A stretch of 64,000 nucleotides of DNA from Marsupella aquatica (taxonomy: Eukaryota > Plantae > Marchantiophyta). The notes under the pieces are model-generated. The model saw only the letters and a program-made list of their open reading frames with translations, searched no databases and was not told where the DNA came from. Where the stretch lies: the NCBI GenBank assembly GCA_973895155.1, contig OZ316893.1:10049660-10113659 (forward strand), written 5' to 3'. Shown here piece by piece: positions 9,813 through 22,737 of this stretch (the stretch's first letter is position 1; each line of letters starts with the position of its first letter). The translations under genes were made by a program, and so were the position numbers.

Positions 9813-10847
9813 TCATAAAACATACTCATCATTGAGTAAATCAGCTTCTCCATCAGCCCTAGCCACATTTGCCGATGAAGTTTCCGCTGCCTTTCCCTTA
9901 CAGTCTCGCTTGAAGTGTCCAACTTGGTTGCACTTCCAACATGTCACCTGCCTCCTCTGAGGGGATTTACCCTTGGACTTAGATCTGGATTTAGATCTAA
10001 ACTGGGTTCTACGGTCCCCAGTTGGTCGCTGCATACTCCTCCCACGGTTAACATTGAGGGCAGCATCAGATGATGAAGGCTGTGACGTGATGTGCATCTT
10101 CTGCTGAAGATCATCACTAAGCAGAGAACTTACCACGTCATTGTATGAAATGGTATCCCTATCACGATGCAACAACACTCGTGATAGGGACTGGTAAGAT
10201 GGAGGCAATGAACTAAGAAGCTGCAGAGCCTTCGTCTCATCATTCAAAGTCTCCCCAAGGTTTTCCAAGTCAATGACCATGTCGTTGAAAGCATCCACAT
10301 GGTCTTGCAACTTCGTACCAGATTCCTTCATTCTAAAACTCATCAGTTTGTAGGAAGTGTAGAGCTGGTTCGACAACTCCTTGCGGTGATACTTGCTCTG
10401 CAATTCCGCAAACAAGGACATGCAATCCTTATGTGCACCTAACTGCTTGATGATGGGAGGCATGAGATAGAGTGTAACACACCACACTCCCTGCTCCTGC
10501 ATGCGGTCCCATTGTTTCTCATCAACATCGTCTTCACGAGGGCTCAGCAGTTGGCCCATCCCTAACGCATAAAGCACTCCCTTCACCTGCTTCTCCCATA
10601 GCAAGTAGTCAGAGCGCCCATCATACTTTGTCACTTCATACTTGGGTCCCCCAAGCTTGAAAGTCCCCATCTTCTTCTTTACCGTGAGCTCCGGTAGTAG
10701 TACTGCTTCCTCCACCACACGCCGCACCAGTGATGGTATCGGTGTCACGTGCTCTTCCTCCTGCTCCTCTCTCTGCCCCTGAAACCTCCGCGGTGATCCT
10801 CGTGCTTCAAGTTCCACGTCTTCGAAAAACTCCTCCGAATCACTCAT
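9813..10847 (-). CDS. gag: Copia gag
   Basis: KYDGRSDYLLW, LLSSLPPSY, zinc knuckle CWKCNQVGHFKRDC. Ends in a TGA that is in frame with pol. Confidence 0.93.
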   Translation of the reverse strand: MSDSEEFFEDVELEARGSPRRFQGQREEQEEEHVTPIPSLVRRVVEEAVLLPELTVKKKMGTFKLGGPKYEVTKYDGRSDYLLWEKQVKGVLYALGMGQLLSPREDDVDEKQWDRMQEQGVWCVTLYLMPPIIKQLGAHKDCMSLFAELQSKYHRKELSNQLYTSYKLMSFRMKESGTKLQDHVDAFNDMVIDLENLGETLNDETKALQLLSSLPPSYQSLSRVLLHRDRDTISYNDVVSSLLSDDLQQKMHITSQPSSSDAALNVNRGRSMQRPTGDRRTQFRSKSRSKSKGKSPQRRQVTCWKCNQVGHFKRDCKGKAAETSSANVARADGEADLLNDEYVL

Positions 10848-11987
10848 ATGAGAAAGTCACAAAAAATGTTGTTTTTCACAACTTCTCAAAAAACTCGAAA
10901 CTCAACACCGCCGCGTAACCCACAAAGCTAGGAGTCCAATACTGAAAACCAAAATCAAAATTGAAATTTGACGGAAAAGTTATTCAAATTTCGGTCGAGG
11001 TGGGTAAAACCTTGGGAAACTCCCCCGTTTTGACCACCTCAGGGAATGACCGAAATACCAAGTACAACCCGTTGTCGGAATTGCGATGTGATTGGTGCGC
11101 TGCATTGCCAACTTCAATGGCTACGACCTTGCCGAAAAATAACCAAAAAAGTTACCGTTCGGCGGATGAAATCTTTGTCGGACGGTCAAAAAATAGCTCT
11201 CTGGTTTTTTGGAATATTCTATGACCCTTGTACAGTCCCTGTGGGAATTTTGGAAGAACAATCGAGGGGCTGACATGTGTCCTCGAACCCCCAAAACCCC
11301 CTACCACCCTTCGTCGTCGAAATCTGGTCGCGCGCGCAGAAAATACACACGGCAGAATGTACCCCTCGACACCAAACGCAAGATATCTCACTCGGGTTTT
11401 GACGAAATCAAGATCCGATTTCAGATTTGGAAACTAGACTCCGAGGCGATGAAGATCGATATAAGAAGCACCCAAAACGAGGAAAGAACGAGGGAGAAAA
11501 AAATTGGTAAAGATGACAGATTTCTCTCAATTGCCATAGCCAATTTCGAATCAGTTTTTCAAAGAGAAAAAAATGGTACCTTGTCAACAACGAATGTTGA
11601 TCAATTGCACTTGGTGCCGTCACCAAGTCCAACAAGGTAATTAATTTTGCTTAGCCTTCCTCTTTGCATCAAAGAGCCAATCCCGGACTCAAAAACAATC
11701 GTCTTGCCTCAATCTCTCCGTTGAGTCAAAACACTTGACGCTTCTCCCTCCGAGTCGATTGCCAACTTTCTTCACAAAATCCAGAACGACGAAAACTTAG
11801 ATCTCTCTGCACCACGAGCTCCGTTCAACGATTTCTTCACACCGTTAGAAAGCTCTTGCCCTGATCTATCCGTTGAGCCCATAAACTCCAAGTTCCATGC
11901 GATGGAACTCTGGAAAATCCACCAACACTCAACGCTGGAAAAACCGTCATGAAATCCCGTCACGAACACACGTCACCTCCCAAGCAT

Positions 11988-11999
11988 GCTCTGATACCA
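11988..11999 (-). promoter_or_regulatory. Primer binding site (initiator Met tRNA)
   Basis: TGGTATCAGAGC on the minus strand, 2 nt inside the 5' LTR. Confidence 0.9.
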
Positions 12000-12001
12000 A
12001 T

Positions 12002-12422
12002 TGTTGAGCATAGACGACGATCGCAATGGCAAGCCCATGAACCATCCAACGCACAATAGTCGACACAAGAGATACGTGGTTCACCTCCTTGAGGCTACGT
12101 CCACGGGAACACACAAGAGAGCTTTACTGAACTCTAAGCCCGTCGGCTATACCGAGTCTCCACAGTGTAAGCTCTCCCTATCTCTCAAGTGGCTCCATAA
12201 CAATGAGCCTTGGTTCTACCTCTCCAAGCACACATGCCTCTTATGATATAGTGTGCAACTTAGTTGTACCTAACCACATAGTTGTACCTAATCACGTAGT
12301 TGTACCTAACCACATAGTTGTACCTAATCACGTAGTTGTACCTAACCACGTAGTTGTACCAACCCACGTTGTTGTACCAACCACGTCATACCTAACCTAG
12401 ACGTAAGAGTAAATACCCAACA
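12002..12422 (-). repeat. Copia 5' LTR
   Basis: Near-identical to 5928-6348 (AACGGC vs AATGGC). Confidence 0.95.
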
Positions 12423-12427
12423 CATCT

Positions 12428-13469
12428 AGTGCGTGAGGTTGGTATTGCAGGCCCTGTACATTGTCGTTGGATGTACTGGGTAGAGCGGTACATGGGAGTG
12501 ATGAAGTCCTATGTTTCAAATCGCGCAAGGGTGGAAGGTAGCATTGCAGAGCGTCATCTTGGAGCAGAGAGCATGTTTTATTGTACAAACATTATTGCTA
12601 CACTTGATTCAAATGCTCCAAGCGGGTGGATAGATGAGGCATCAAGAGAAGCAGACTATGAGGATGACCGTTTGACAGGTGCAAAGGGAGAACGGCTTCT
12701 TGACCCTAGTGAGCACACTAAAATCACTGCATTCATGTTGTATAACTCTCCAGAGATTGTTGGGGAGTGGACCACATTTTATGAGGAGGATAAGCACAAT
12801 AGTCGACGACCACGCTTATTTCCCAAATTCCACATGTACATGAAGGGGAAGTTGTTAGAAGTGGATGCCTTGGTGGCTATTGGGGAGAGTGTATCACACT
12901 TCCCAATGGTGACTGATAAGTTGCGCACCTTGGTTCATGGACCTCTACTTACAGTTACAACCAGGACTGCCATGTGGTCCAAGGGGAGACACTTTCGTGT
13001 GGAACGACTTGATGACAAGAGGGCAGCTACACAAGATTGTGGGGTGATGGGTTGGTTCACCCAGGATTCTGTAAGTAGCAGATCTGACACAAATCCCATC
13101 CGTTCTACTATAGCTCACTATGGAAAGATAGAGGAGATCCTTGTTGTAAAATACCATGCGCATACAACATTGGAAGAGGTGGTGCTGAAGTGCAAATGGT
13201 TTTGGATGAATCTTGTTGGCCACAATCGAACATGTGAAGAGGATGCTTGCGGCTTCACACGACTGAAGACAGGGGCTGTCATCAGCTCAAATTGGAGGGC
13301 CTCAGATCCTTTTGCATTTCCTCATAATCTTGAGCAGGCATTCTATCTCCCTTATCCAGATGATCCTGAGTGGTCCATTGTAATGCCTTACATTCCACGA
13401 TCCCGATCCATAGTCCAAGAACAGCCAAATGTAGTTGTTGTGGAAGATTTGGAAAATGAGAACAACTAG
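12428..13469 (+). pseudogene. CACTA transposase, 3' part (DUF4218/DUF4216-like region)
   Basis: Removing the copia and one TSD restores HFLLHLVREVGIAGPVHCRWMYWVER. Also YGKIEEI, KCKWF, DPFAFP..QAFY. Confidence 0.9.
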
Positions 13470-14544
13470 CTACTTAGGAATTTCATGGTAAAAGCTAGGT
13501 AGCTAGCACTAGCTAGACCTAATTAATGACCACTTCCCTCCATGTATTGATTTTTTTGGCATATATATGTTATCTACATTGTCATTACCATTTTTTTGTT
13601 GCATGTTACTTTACTTATATATACCACTTAAATCTCTGGGCTCTAGCTGTGGCTATATATTTGTGCTTTTAATATATATGAAATGAAAGCTTCCAATTCA
13701 TTTCAAGTTGACCCTAGTTGAGTTCCCACATACTTCAAATGGAAATGGAGTCAAAAACCTATCGGAAACACAACATGCCTTAATTAGAAGCTAGGAAGAT
13801 GATAAAACCCTCAAAAAACCCCGGCTCTACTTAAAACCGATATTTCCGATATTCAAAGAAACGGAACACATATGCCATACTACAGGTATCGGGAAACTTT
13901 TCCATCTTTATCACATCGGAAATGACGTCCGTTTGTAATGGGTTCGGACACAAGTCGGAACACATTTCTGATTCCAAAAATATCGGAAATGTTTCGTCCC
14001 TAAGTTCATCGGAACCAACATGCGATATTTTATTTATCGGACGCCTCTTGCGTCACGGCAGTCTCATTGTCCGATGCAGGTAGAATGGGAAATTCTCCGA
14101 TAGTTTTTACATGGGAAACTATTTCTGATTCTAATAGTATGGGACAGTATGTGTCCGATGTAGAATTTCTGGTAAATCCCCGATGCGGGGACAATCGAAG
14201 AGTACCGATCTTCTCTGTATCGGAAAGTGTTGCCGACCGAAAGAAGAGCATCGGAAAAACCCAAAATATGTACCAGTGTTGAAAATCGTGTCACATTGAC
14301 CCAGTCAACATTTATGCATTTTTCTGTGTCTAGCTATGTTATTTTTGCATTTTTTCGCCTACTTACGATTCATACTGCGTCTTCCTCTTTCTCTCAAAAC
14401 CTGAGTGTCTAGGTTTGTTGGATGCGGCTTGACTTCTTCTTTCCAACGGTATAAAGAATGACACATTTGGTTTCCAGATCTTCCTACTCCGTAACATTTA
14501 CGTGCTTTCATTGGAGCTCTGCATGACAACTACATTTTTTCTAT

Positions 14545-15225
14545 TCTCCTAACACTATGCCTGCTTCCGTTGGACAGGAGCGCTGCATGTCGGCGATGTA
14601 TTTTATTGTTGCGCCTCTCCCAGAGAGCTAGTTTCTCCCAACAGGTATAGATCTCGGTTTTATTCTGAAGGTTATGTGATCGTTGGAAGCCAGGTACAGT
14701 AGTTCCCTATCTATTTTTAACGTTCTTAGCAATCTGATTGGAACAAGGATAAGACGAATTGACCATACAGTGTTATTCAAACTTAGAAAGTTTGACAAAG
14801 CTTGCAATAGATTAGAATTTAATTCTCAATGTCGATGTCAGCCTGACATAAACTAGAATCTAGATCCATGCGTGAGATTATCTAACAAATGCCAAATTTT
14901 AAAACAATTCTGTAATCAGAAGGATAGCTACATAGCATAAAATTAAAATAGTAGTACATTTGTCTTGTGTGTAGATGGACACATCTTCTTTATTCTTCTG
15001 ATGTCATTTGTACTTCCATTGGACAGGAGCGCTGCATGTCAAATATGTAATTTAGTGCTGAGATCCTCCCAGGGATGCTATTCAGAGTTAAACTACTACT
15101 TCACCAACAACGTACTTCACCAACAACAGAAGGTAGATCTGGTTTTCATTACCAAGGTTATGTGATTGTTAGGAAGGTACTTCCCTGTCTATTTTAATAT
15201 TCTTACCACTTTGATTGGAAGAGGA
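14545..15225. repeat. Diverged direct duplication (period about 450 bp)
   Basis: TTGGACAGGAGCGCTGCATGTC near 14570 and 15019, followed by matching AGATCT.GGTTTT...AAGGTTATGTGAT and TTCCCT.TCTATTTT...TGATTGGAA blocks. Confidence 0.6.
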
Positions 15226-16066
15226 ATATTGCTCTCCTAGTTTTACGTCAGACAACACAAATTATGAAACTATAATGTACTCTACATATTGATTCATCAC
15301 TTTGCTTCCGACATGTGTTCTAACCAAGAGCAATGGCATTGATAAATTGTCTTGTAGACGTACATGAATATAATTTGTAAAGTTTTTTATGTGCATCTCA
15401 TCGTTTTCTGCTGCATGCAATTAAATACTGTGGTGGGTTTGCCAAAGTTTCAGTTCATTGTTTTAGCTTGTTGAAAATTATATTCACTGTTTATCTTCTT
15501 TAGTGGTGGCCTTGAGATACTAAAGTTTGTTGCCTGGACATGTAGGTCCAAGACAACTTTGACTTCAACACAATAGAGTGAGCAACAGGCGTAGCCGTTG
15601 ACAGTAAAAGCACAGGTCAGATTTGGGTATGCACTAAACTATTATTGGGCAACTGCATATAATTAGCCTCTACGTGCCAGAAGTCAGCCCTGTCAATAAT
15701 GCTAAAGAGTCCGTAGATCGAGTCACTCAAGGAGAGGTATCTTTGTTGGGACTGTGTATGGATCGAGTATCAATTGCAAGCATTCTTAGCACAAGGCTTG
15801 GTTTCTGTGCAAAGACAACTCAGACTAGTATATGGACGTACGTAGAGTTTAAGAAATTAATCTAAAAATTTGCTGCTAATTCATAACTAATCAATCGATC
15901 ATGGCAAGAAGCTGAATATTTAGTCTGATATATCGAGGGCTTAGTTTGAGGTAAATTAAAAATGACTAGATCAAATATTTTGGGCCAGATTCTGGGCCTT
16001 CTAAGATCTAGGAATTGATCTCAGTCAGTAAGGGTCGATAATGTATATATTGGCATATATGTGATT

Positions 16067-16099
16067 GAGTAGAGTAGAGTAGAGTAGAGTAGAGTAGAG
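16067..16099. repeat. (AGAGT)n microsatellite
   Basis: About 6 pentamer copies, read directly. Confidence 0.85.
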
Positions 16100-18757
16100 A
16101 GGTCGGGGGGACAACTGCCTGTGTCACAACATGAACTCATTTGTCCAACTTGCACGTCTTGGTCTAATTTAACATTCACACTCTCACAGTCTGTAGTCTA
16201 CCCGGCTGTCTACTCAGTTCAGTGTACAAGAATCAAGTGCCTTAGTTTCATTACGATGCTACATGTCAATAATATGCTTGTCAGAGTGTATGCTTGGCTG
16301 TGCAAACAGACCCAGTCAAACAATTAATGCAGCAAACTGTTGTTGCTTACTGTTGGCAGCCATGTGGAAGATAGTAGCTTAGAGCAACACTCAACAATAG
16401 AGTTTCCAAGCACGCGGTAGGAAGACTAAATTTTGGTTGTATGTTTTCATTTGGTTCTACAAATCTCACATGCTTTTGATCAGATTGTCTTTTTTTCCCT
16501 TCAGAAGTGGTTGTTCTTTAAATTAGTGTTCCTTTGTCACCTCCGCCCTTGCTATTTGGGTGGATTGACTCATTTGTTGATCATGCCTCTCAGTATTGAG
16601 TCGTGTTCTTGTAACTCGTTGTGATTGGTAAGAGTTTTAATGCTCAACTTCTGGTTTTGTTCCTTTGTGTGGTGCAGTATGCTGCGTAAAGGCGTGGAAG
16701 GCCAGGACTATTCTCACATGCTGTGTGAAGGCCAAGACTATTCTCAGTGGTAAGTGCTGCTACATGATTATACTGTTGGACATCCTTAAGTCTCTATCGT
16801 TGTTTTGGAGCCTTTGTTAATTGGAAACTTCTTGTTATGGCATATCTGTTTGAATATATACCCTTTGATATTGGCTATGTGAGCACATGATGAAGTGTGA
16901 TCTTGGATGTGTTTGGCAGTCTAGGAAGGTGGATCGAGCTACCCCTTCTCATCTCAATAACTGGCCTAAACGTGGCATATATCCCTTTTTCTAATCCCCA
17001 TCAGCGCGGAGTTGTTGAGGCTTGAGCTGGTCTGAGCAGGGTTGCTGAGCTAACTTGAAGTGCACTTGATCATAGGTAACCTGCCCTCAATCTCTGTAGT
17101 CCAGAGTGTGCTGAAGATTGCCATAGCAAGATTTGTCCTATTGTGCTTGACTATTCCTAAAGGTCATTTTATGTTCATTAACAATAACCAAAGTCTAAAC
17201 TTGGAGGTCACAACTAAAAGTTTATGGAGGATTGTAATATCCCCTTCTTCCCACAATCCTAAATCAATCCATGAATCCTTCAAGTAAGCTGTTACGGACT
17301 GTACACCTTATCAAAGAAATCATCCCTGAGGCCAGCAGCTAAGTCGTTACGGCCAGTGCATTTCCTGAATCCGTTCCATGTTGTGGAGTCCCAATAAAAT
17401 CACTCCACTCTAAGTCAGCTATCATTCCAGCAATCCCACTTTATGAAATGGATTGCATTTTATCCCTACCAGCTCAAACCATGATGTGCAATTCAACTGT
17501 CTCTCACATCGTGTCCCCTTGGCCTCTCTGTGGTCAACTGAGCTAGCCTTCCTTTGAGGCAATACATTTATCAATTGCTGCATGAACCATGGCTTGTGCT
17601 GCGAAGCAAGTGACCTCGATTATCCTCCCAGTCGGCCCTGTCTCTGAAATAGATTTTCATGATTTCATATAGCACAAACCATGGTTTGCACATCTTTATG
17701 TTAAGTCTAATTCCACCACTCTGACCTCAACTCACCTTCCTTTGAGGCATTACATTTTCCAAACCTGGTGCCTTGTACCTATCGTGGCACAAACCATGGT
17801 TCGTGCTGTGAAGGGGTAATATGTGACTCCCACTATCACAACTCACATCTGGACTTGGCTGTCCTTCCAGCCAACAATTTTCTAGCAAATGGATTTACAT
17901 TTGTACTTGCAGCACAAACAAGGATTTGCACATCATGCATGTCCACCCAGTCCAATTTCTAATCTTAATCACTACAACACTATGCACCTCTTTTGCGAAC
18001 CACCACCCTTCGCATCATACAAAGGAAACAAAATCCAAAATACCCAATTTGCAAACTTACTCGCATCGCAACGTCTTCGCTACTTCCCATCTCAAATTCT
18101 TCGCAAACGGCCCTTTGCAACTACTTCGCAACTTGCGATTCTAAATACGTCGCAACATCTCCACAACGTTGCGACGGCACTGTTCTTGCAAATATTGAGA
18201 AACGACAAATTTCATTATTTTGCGAGAACAAATGAATCGCTCGTGTTGCGATAACATTTACATCGCAATTTCCGATGTTAAATTTCTCTGTAACTTGCGA
18301 TGCAAACAAACTCGTAAGATTGCGAGAAGCGGATAACCGCTTTGTTGCGAAGGCATTTAACTCGCAAACGTGTGGAGAGGAAGTCTTCGCTAGGGTTTTG
18401 ATTTAGACAACATCGCAAGTGTTGCGATGCGTTTCTCCTCGGAATGGTTGCGATACGTTCACCGTGGGTCTTTGAGATGGGGGTTGGTTCTCAAAAGCTT
18501 CGCAAAATGTATATTTCATGGGTTTTTGTGTATTTGGGTTAGGGTGAGGGTGAGGGAGACCATTCATGGGTTTTGAAGGAGGGAGGAAAGTGATGTTGAC
18601 CCAGTCTGCCGCAATTAAAATGGCATTACTGAAAAAGTACAAAAGTTACAAAATGGAAGGGTAAAAACCCTTAGGTAAAGTGCCACGGCCATGCATGCTG
18701 ATCGCTATACATGTGAACTCGATGTAAGTGCTCTAGCTACAACTTGTCTACATCAAG

Positions 18758-20854
18758 CTAGAAAGGAGTGTTCCTGCCCCTCCTTGCCTTCTTCCCCTTG
18801 GCCTTCTCCTTGCCCTTGTGTGCTCTTGGGGGGGGTGCAACATGGACTTCCTCCTCCTCTTGGTCACCCTCGGGGTCACCCTCATCCTCATCCTCATCCT
18901 CATCCCCACCTCCACCGCCCTGGCTTGCCGCGCTACCACCCCCAGCACCACTGGAACGTGCTGATGCAAATGACTGGTCTCCAGTGCTAGTTGGCCTGGC
19001 TTGAGTAGCAGGAGCTGTGCTCCCCTCCCCTGTCCCCTCCACATCCTCATCACTACTATCGGTGCCACCCTCGGTATGGGAGTCACCATCCTCCCCTCCC
19101 TGCTTCCATTAGCAAACCAGGGTGTCTGTTAGTCTCATATTCTTTACAAGTGTGAACAAAAGAGATATTCATTCAAAATTGCAATGAATGTAATAACCTA
19201 AAAATTCTCACCAATAATTCATCAACTTGCTGAAAGAGACGCTCCTTCCCATGTTTCTGGCCCACCTCCATCTCAGCCGCCGTAATCTTCCTCTTGTACC
19301 TCTTGTACTAAGCCAAAACAAAACCAGCACAATTGGGTTAACACCAACCCATAACCCGATTCACATGGCTTCTAAAAATTAGGGGGTTTGTTGGGGCTGG
19401 TGGGGTGGTGCATCAAGGTTTTGGGGTTATGGAGGGTGGCATATATGGGGAAGACCCTCAAAGAACACTTAAACGATCGGAAAATTTAAAAATTCAAATT
19501 TTTGAAATTTTGCGAAGGCGCCAACTTCGCAATCATAAGGACAATTACGTTTGCGAAGCTGGTTGCGATGCGAACGTCTTTGCAACGCCTTCGCAAACGT
19601 AAGCAAAAAAAGGGCATAATAAGGTTTGCGAAGGATTTGTGAAGCTACCCGCATCGCAAATGTATCGCAAACTCTGTCATGGCAAAAACCCGAGAGGGAA
19701 GCAACTGTACGTGACCTAATCTGACACAACAAGTCTAATTGTAACTACTTGGTGGAAATGCAAGAAAGAGTTGGCTCATTGCAGGTGTGTTGGAATAGGA
19801 ATTGGAGTAGCAAGAAGTCAAGGGAGGAGAGGGAGGTGCACTCACGAATGCTGCTTTGAGGCCGGGGAGGCCACCTTGACCCAGCCTGTGGGTGATGTTG
19901 GGCTTGTCTCGGACTCGCTCAGCTGCCTTCAGGAACTTGTTGGGTGGATCGCCTACTTCTGCTACAACCTGCTGGAGCTGGGCTACCTTCTGCTCCATCA
20001 CCTTCAGGTCCCGGTCAGACTTCCCGGCCTCCTTTGCCCTTCGAGCCTTTGCCAGCTTCTCTGTGAAATCATTGAGGAGCCTGGCTGCTTTCAACTTCAC
20101 CTCTGTCTGGTAGAAGGCCTGCCAGATATCTTCTGAGAATTGCAGCGGCCTCTGCAAATTCCTATACTCCTCCAAATCTCTAAGGTGAGACCTGATCTTC
20201 ATTCTATCATGGTATCTAGCTTGTGACATGGAGTTTGAAATTTTGTCAACAAGCCACTGTGAATCCATCTCTCCTCCATTTCAAAATGCATCTTTCACCT
20301 GATTGATGACTCGCTTCTGCTCTGCCTTTGAGCGAGTGCCCCACTCGACTCCTCTTGCAAAATTTGTGGATACAATGTGCCTGATTGTGCTCTTGGCCCC
20401 ATTGTAAGCAAGCTCGGTGGGAATCCCCTCATCCTCTAAAGTAATCAGAGGCAGCTTCCTCCTTGCTGCCTCCTTCTTTCTTTGCTCCTCCCTCTGTTTC
20501 CTGATCAGGTCTCTCTCATCTTTCCTCCTCTTCTTTTCCAATGCTTGAGGCGAGAGCACTCCAGCCTGAGCTCTCTCGTCCCTCTTTCGCTTCCTCTCAG
20601 CAGCCACCTGCTCTGCTGCCTTCCTTGCATCCTCCTCCACTGCTGCTTGCCCTGCAGTGAGACCTGCTTGCAAGGCTTGGCCCAGAAGGGCACTCAATGA
20701 TGCCAGCCCTGCTGGACTGGTGAAATCAATTTGACTCAACTATGCAACCAAAAAATGCTCATCCACAATCGCCTTCAATCGATCCCCCCCCTCGGTTGCC
20801 TCCGCTGCTGCCAGAAGCTCCTCCATCACCACCAGTCCCCTCTTCGCTCGCCAT
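18758..20854 (-). pseudogene. CACTA ORF2 / TnpA-like gene (element 2), multi-exon, disrupted
   Basis: Probable ATG at 20854, apparent frameshift in a G run near 20790, in-frame stops at 20740-20742 and 20281-20283. THRLGQGG motif, then GTGAGT donor at 19845. Probable last exon (about 19100-18758) has an acidic DEDEDE tract and a basic KGKKARRGR NLS-like end. Downstream exon boundaries are uncertain. Confidence 0.62.
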
Positions 20855-21559
20855 CGCTCCGCCCTTGCCCTCGTTGCTCTCCTCAGGCCTGAATGAACTG
20901 AATCCGCCTTGTCCGCGCTCGGCAATCCATAAGGATTCAAAATATTGGGCTTTGCGATTCGTTTCGCATCGCAATTTGCGATGCATCGGCCTTCGCAAAA
21001 AGCTTCGCAAATTCTATCTTTGCGAAGCTTCAAGATTTGCAAAAGCCTTCGCTATTTGGTTTTGCCATAACCCCCGTCTCGCATGCGTATTTGATGTGTT
21101 GTTAGGGATACTAAGGGGGCTTATGAACATTACATGGGGTAGATGTAGAGGATTATGTTGCATTTTAGTGGGATGTGATGAGATAAGGATTGGGGGGGTT
21201 AGAAAATTGAAGGAGTTATATTGCAGGGTAAGAGGAGGGGGTTTGGCCTGGTTAGGGGAGGGTTTCTTTTGTGAAGGTTGGGCTTAGATTGGCTTAGATA
21301 CGAGGGGTTTTATGTTTTGGGTTTGCAGGGGGGTTTTATTTATGAAGGTTGGGGTTATATGTATTGGAGGGTAAGAGCTAGGAGGGGTTTTATGTTTTGG
21401 GTTTTGGGGTTTAGGCCAACTTAGGAGGGTTTGAAAGAGAGGTTTCAGTTTTATAGTATCTTGGGTTACTTTTATGGTATCTTAGGAGGGTAACCAAGAG
21501 GGGTGGCATATAATTATGGTAGAGAGAAGCATAGGATGGTTGAAGGGAATTGACCATTT

Positions 21560-22630
21560 AGGTTTTTGCTAACTTCATTGGCTTACGCTTTTAGAGTTCC
21601 CAAGGGTCTATGGTGGGTTTTTATTGCATGACACTCACCTTTCACTTGAAGCGGGATGAGGTTTTGGTTTTTATGCTAACAATTGAGGGAAATCCCATGT
21701 AATCATGATCCAATGCAGGACCATCACTGCTTCCTCAACTTTTGTCTAATGCATATGCATTGTGGGAACCCGGACATCTAAAAGGTATATTTAAACATGT
21801 ATGTTAGCAGGGTTTGATAAAGAGATTGTTCATAAACCTTGCCCTTCTTTGTTGTGCAAGAATATCTATATGCACATGTTTGGGGGTCTACAACTTGAGA
21901 GAAGCTAATGGCTATCCAAACTTACTTTTTTGTTTCCAGTATTTTCCTCGTGCTTCTAGATTCAGCTCATGTTCAATGAGCCACACGACCTACAAGCACT
22001 ATTGAGTCCGGATCTCATTCAGGTAATTATTGTCCAACTTCATTCTGGGCTTAGGCCTTTAGAGTTTTCCCAGGGGTCTAGGGTGGGTTTTTATTGCATG
22101 ACACTCACCTTTCACTCGAGGGGGGATAAGGGTTTAGGGTTTAGGGTTTTATGCTAACAATTGAGGGGAAAACCCATGTAATCATGATACAACGCAGGGC
22201 CAACACTACTACCTCAACTTTTGTCTAATGCATATGCATTGTGGGAACCCGGGCATCTAAAAGGTATAACATCATGTATACAGTCAATGTTGTTAGTACA
22301 GATTTTTATGCTTGCCCTTCTTTGTTGTGCCATGATATATGTGGGTAAATGTCTAAGATTCCACAACTTGACGGCTGCTAATTACCATCCAAACTTACAT
22401 TTTGTTTCCAGTATTTTCCTCCTACTTCTAGATTTGGCAAATGTTCCAAAAGCCACGTGACCTATAGGCACTGTTGAGCCCGGGTCTCATTCAGGTAATA
22501 ATCTAACCTCACTTAGGACATAGGGTATTACAATTTTCCCAAAGGTTATAATGTGGTTTCTTCTTGCATGACACTCACCTTAATTTGGGTTTCATGCTAA
22601 CAAATATAAAAGGGTAATAAAACCCCATGT
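21560..22630 (+). repeat. 472-bp tandem duplication (2 copies plus a partial third) containing an 83-nt putative 5'UTR exon
   Basis: TTTCCAG|TATTTTCCTC...CTCATTCAG|GTAAT at 21940-22022 and 22412-22494. TTGCATGACACTCACCT occurs three times. Confidence 0.8.
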
Positions 22631-22737
22631 ATAAACCAACCTAATTGTTTTTTGAGTTCATTTTTTTTAAAATCGCTTTATATATGGCCTAATTTTTCCT
22701 AATCATGCCCTACATGCAATGTAATGTGGCAGTGGAT

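Larger units (their letters stand above)
5928..12422 (-). mobile_element. Full-length young Ty1/copia LTR retrotransposon
   Basis: 421-bp LTRs (TG...CA) at 5928-6348 and 12002-12422; I see only one difference between them. 5-bp TSD CATCT (5923-5927, 12423-12427). PBS TGGTATCAGAGC, PPT next to the 3' LTR, gag-PR-IN-RT-RH order. Confidence 0.97.
1..14278 (+). mobile_element. CACTA/En-Spm DNA transposon 1 (left end outside window; interrupted by copia; transposase has an in-frame stop)
   Basis: Tnp2-type transposase exons. Right end ...AAAATATGTACCAGTG at 14278 (reverse complement CACTGGTACATATTTT), preceded by a dense ATCGGA/TCCGAT subterminal cluster (about 13830-14256). Same gene order as element 2. 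Confidence 0.88.

Noticed and set aside
14965-17290. Short ORFs between the two CACTA elements
   Set aside because: All are under 80 aa with no motifs. A few splice-like sites are present, but I could not build a coding model.
20740-21287. Overlapping 100-181 aa ORFs upstream of ORF2 in element 2
   Set aside because: They are mostly translations of the TCGCAA motif cluster and the G/T-rich tract. Only the last part of 20740-21042 belongs to the frameshifted ORF2.
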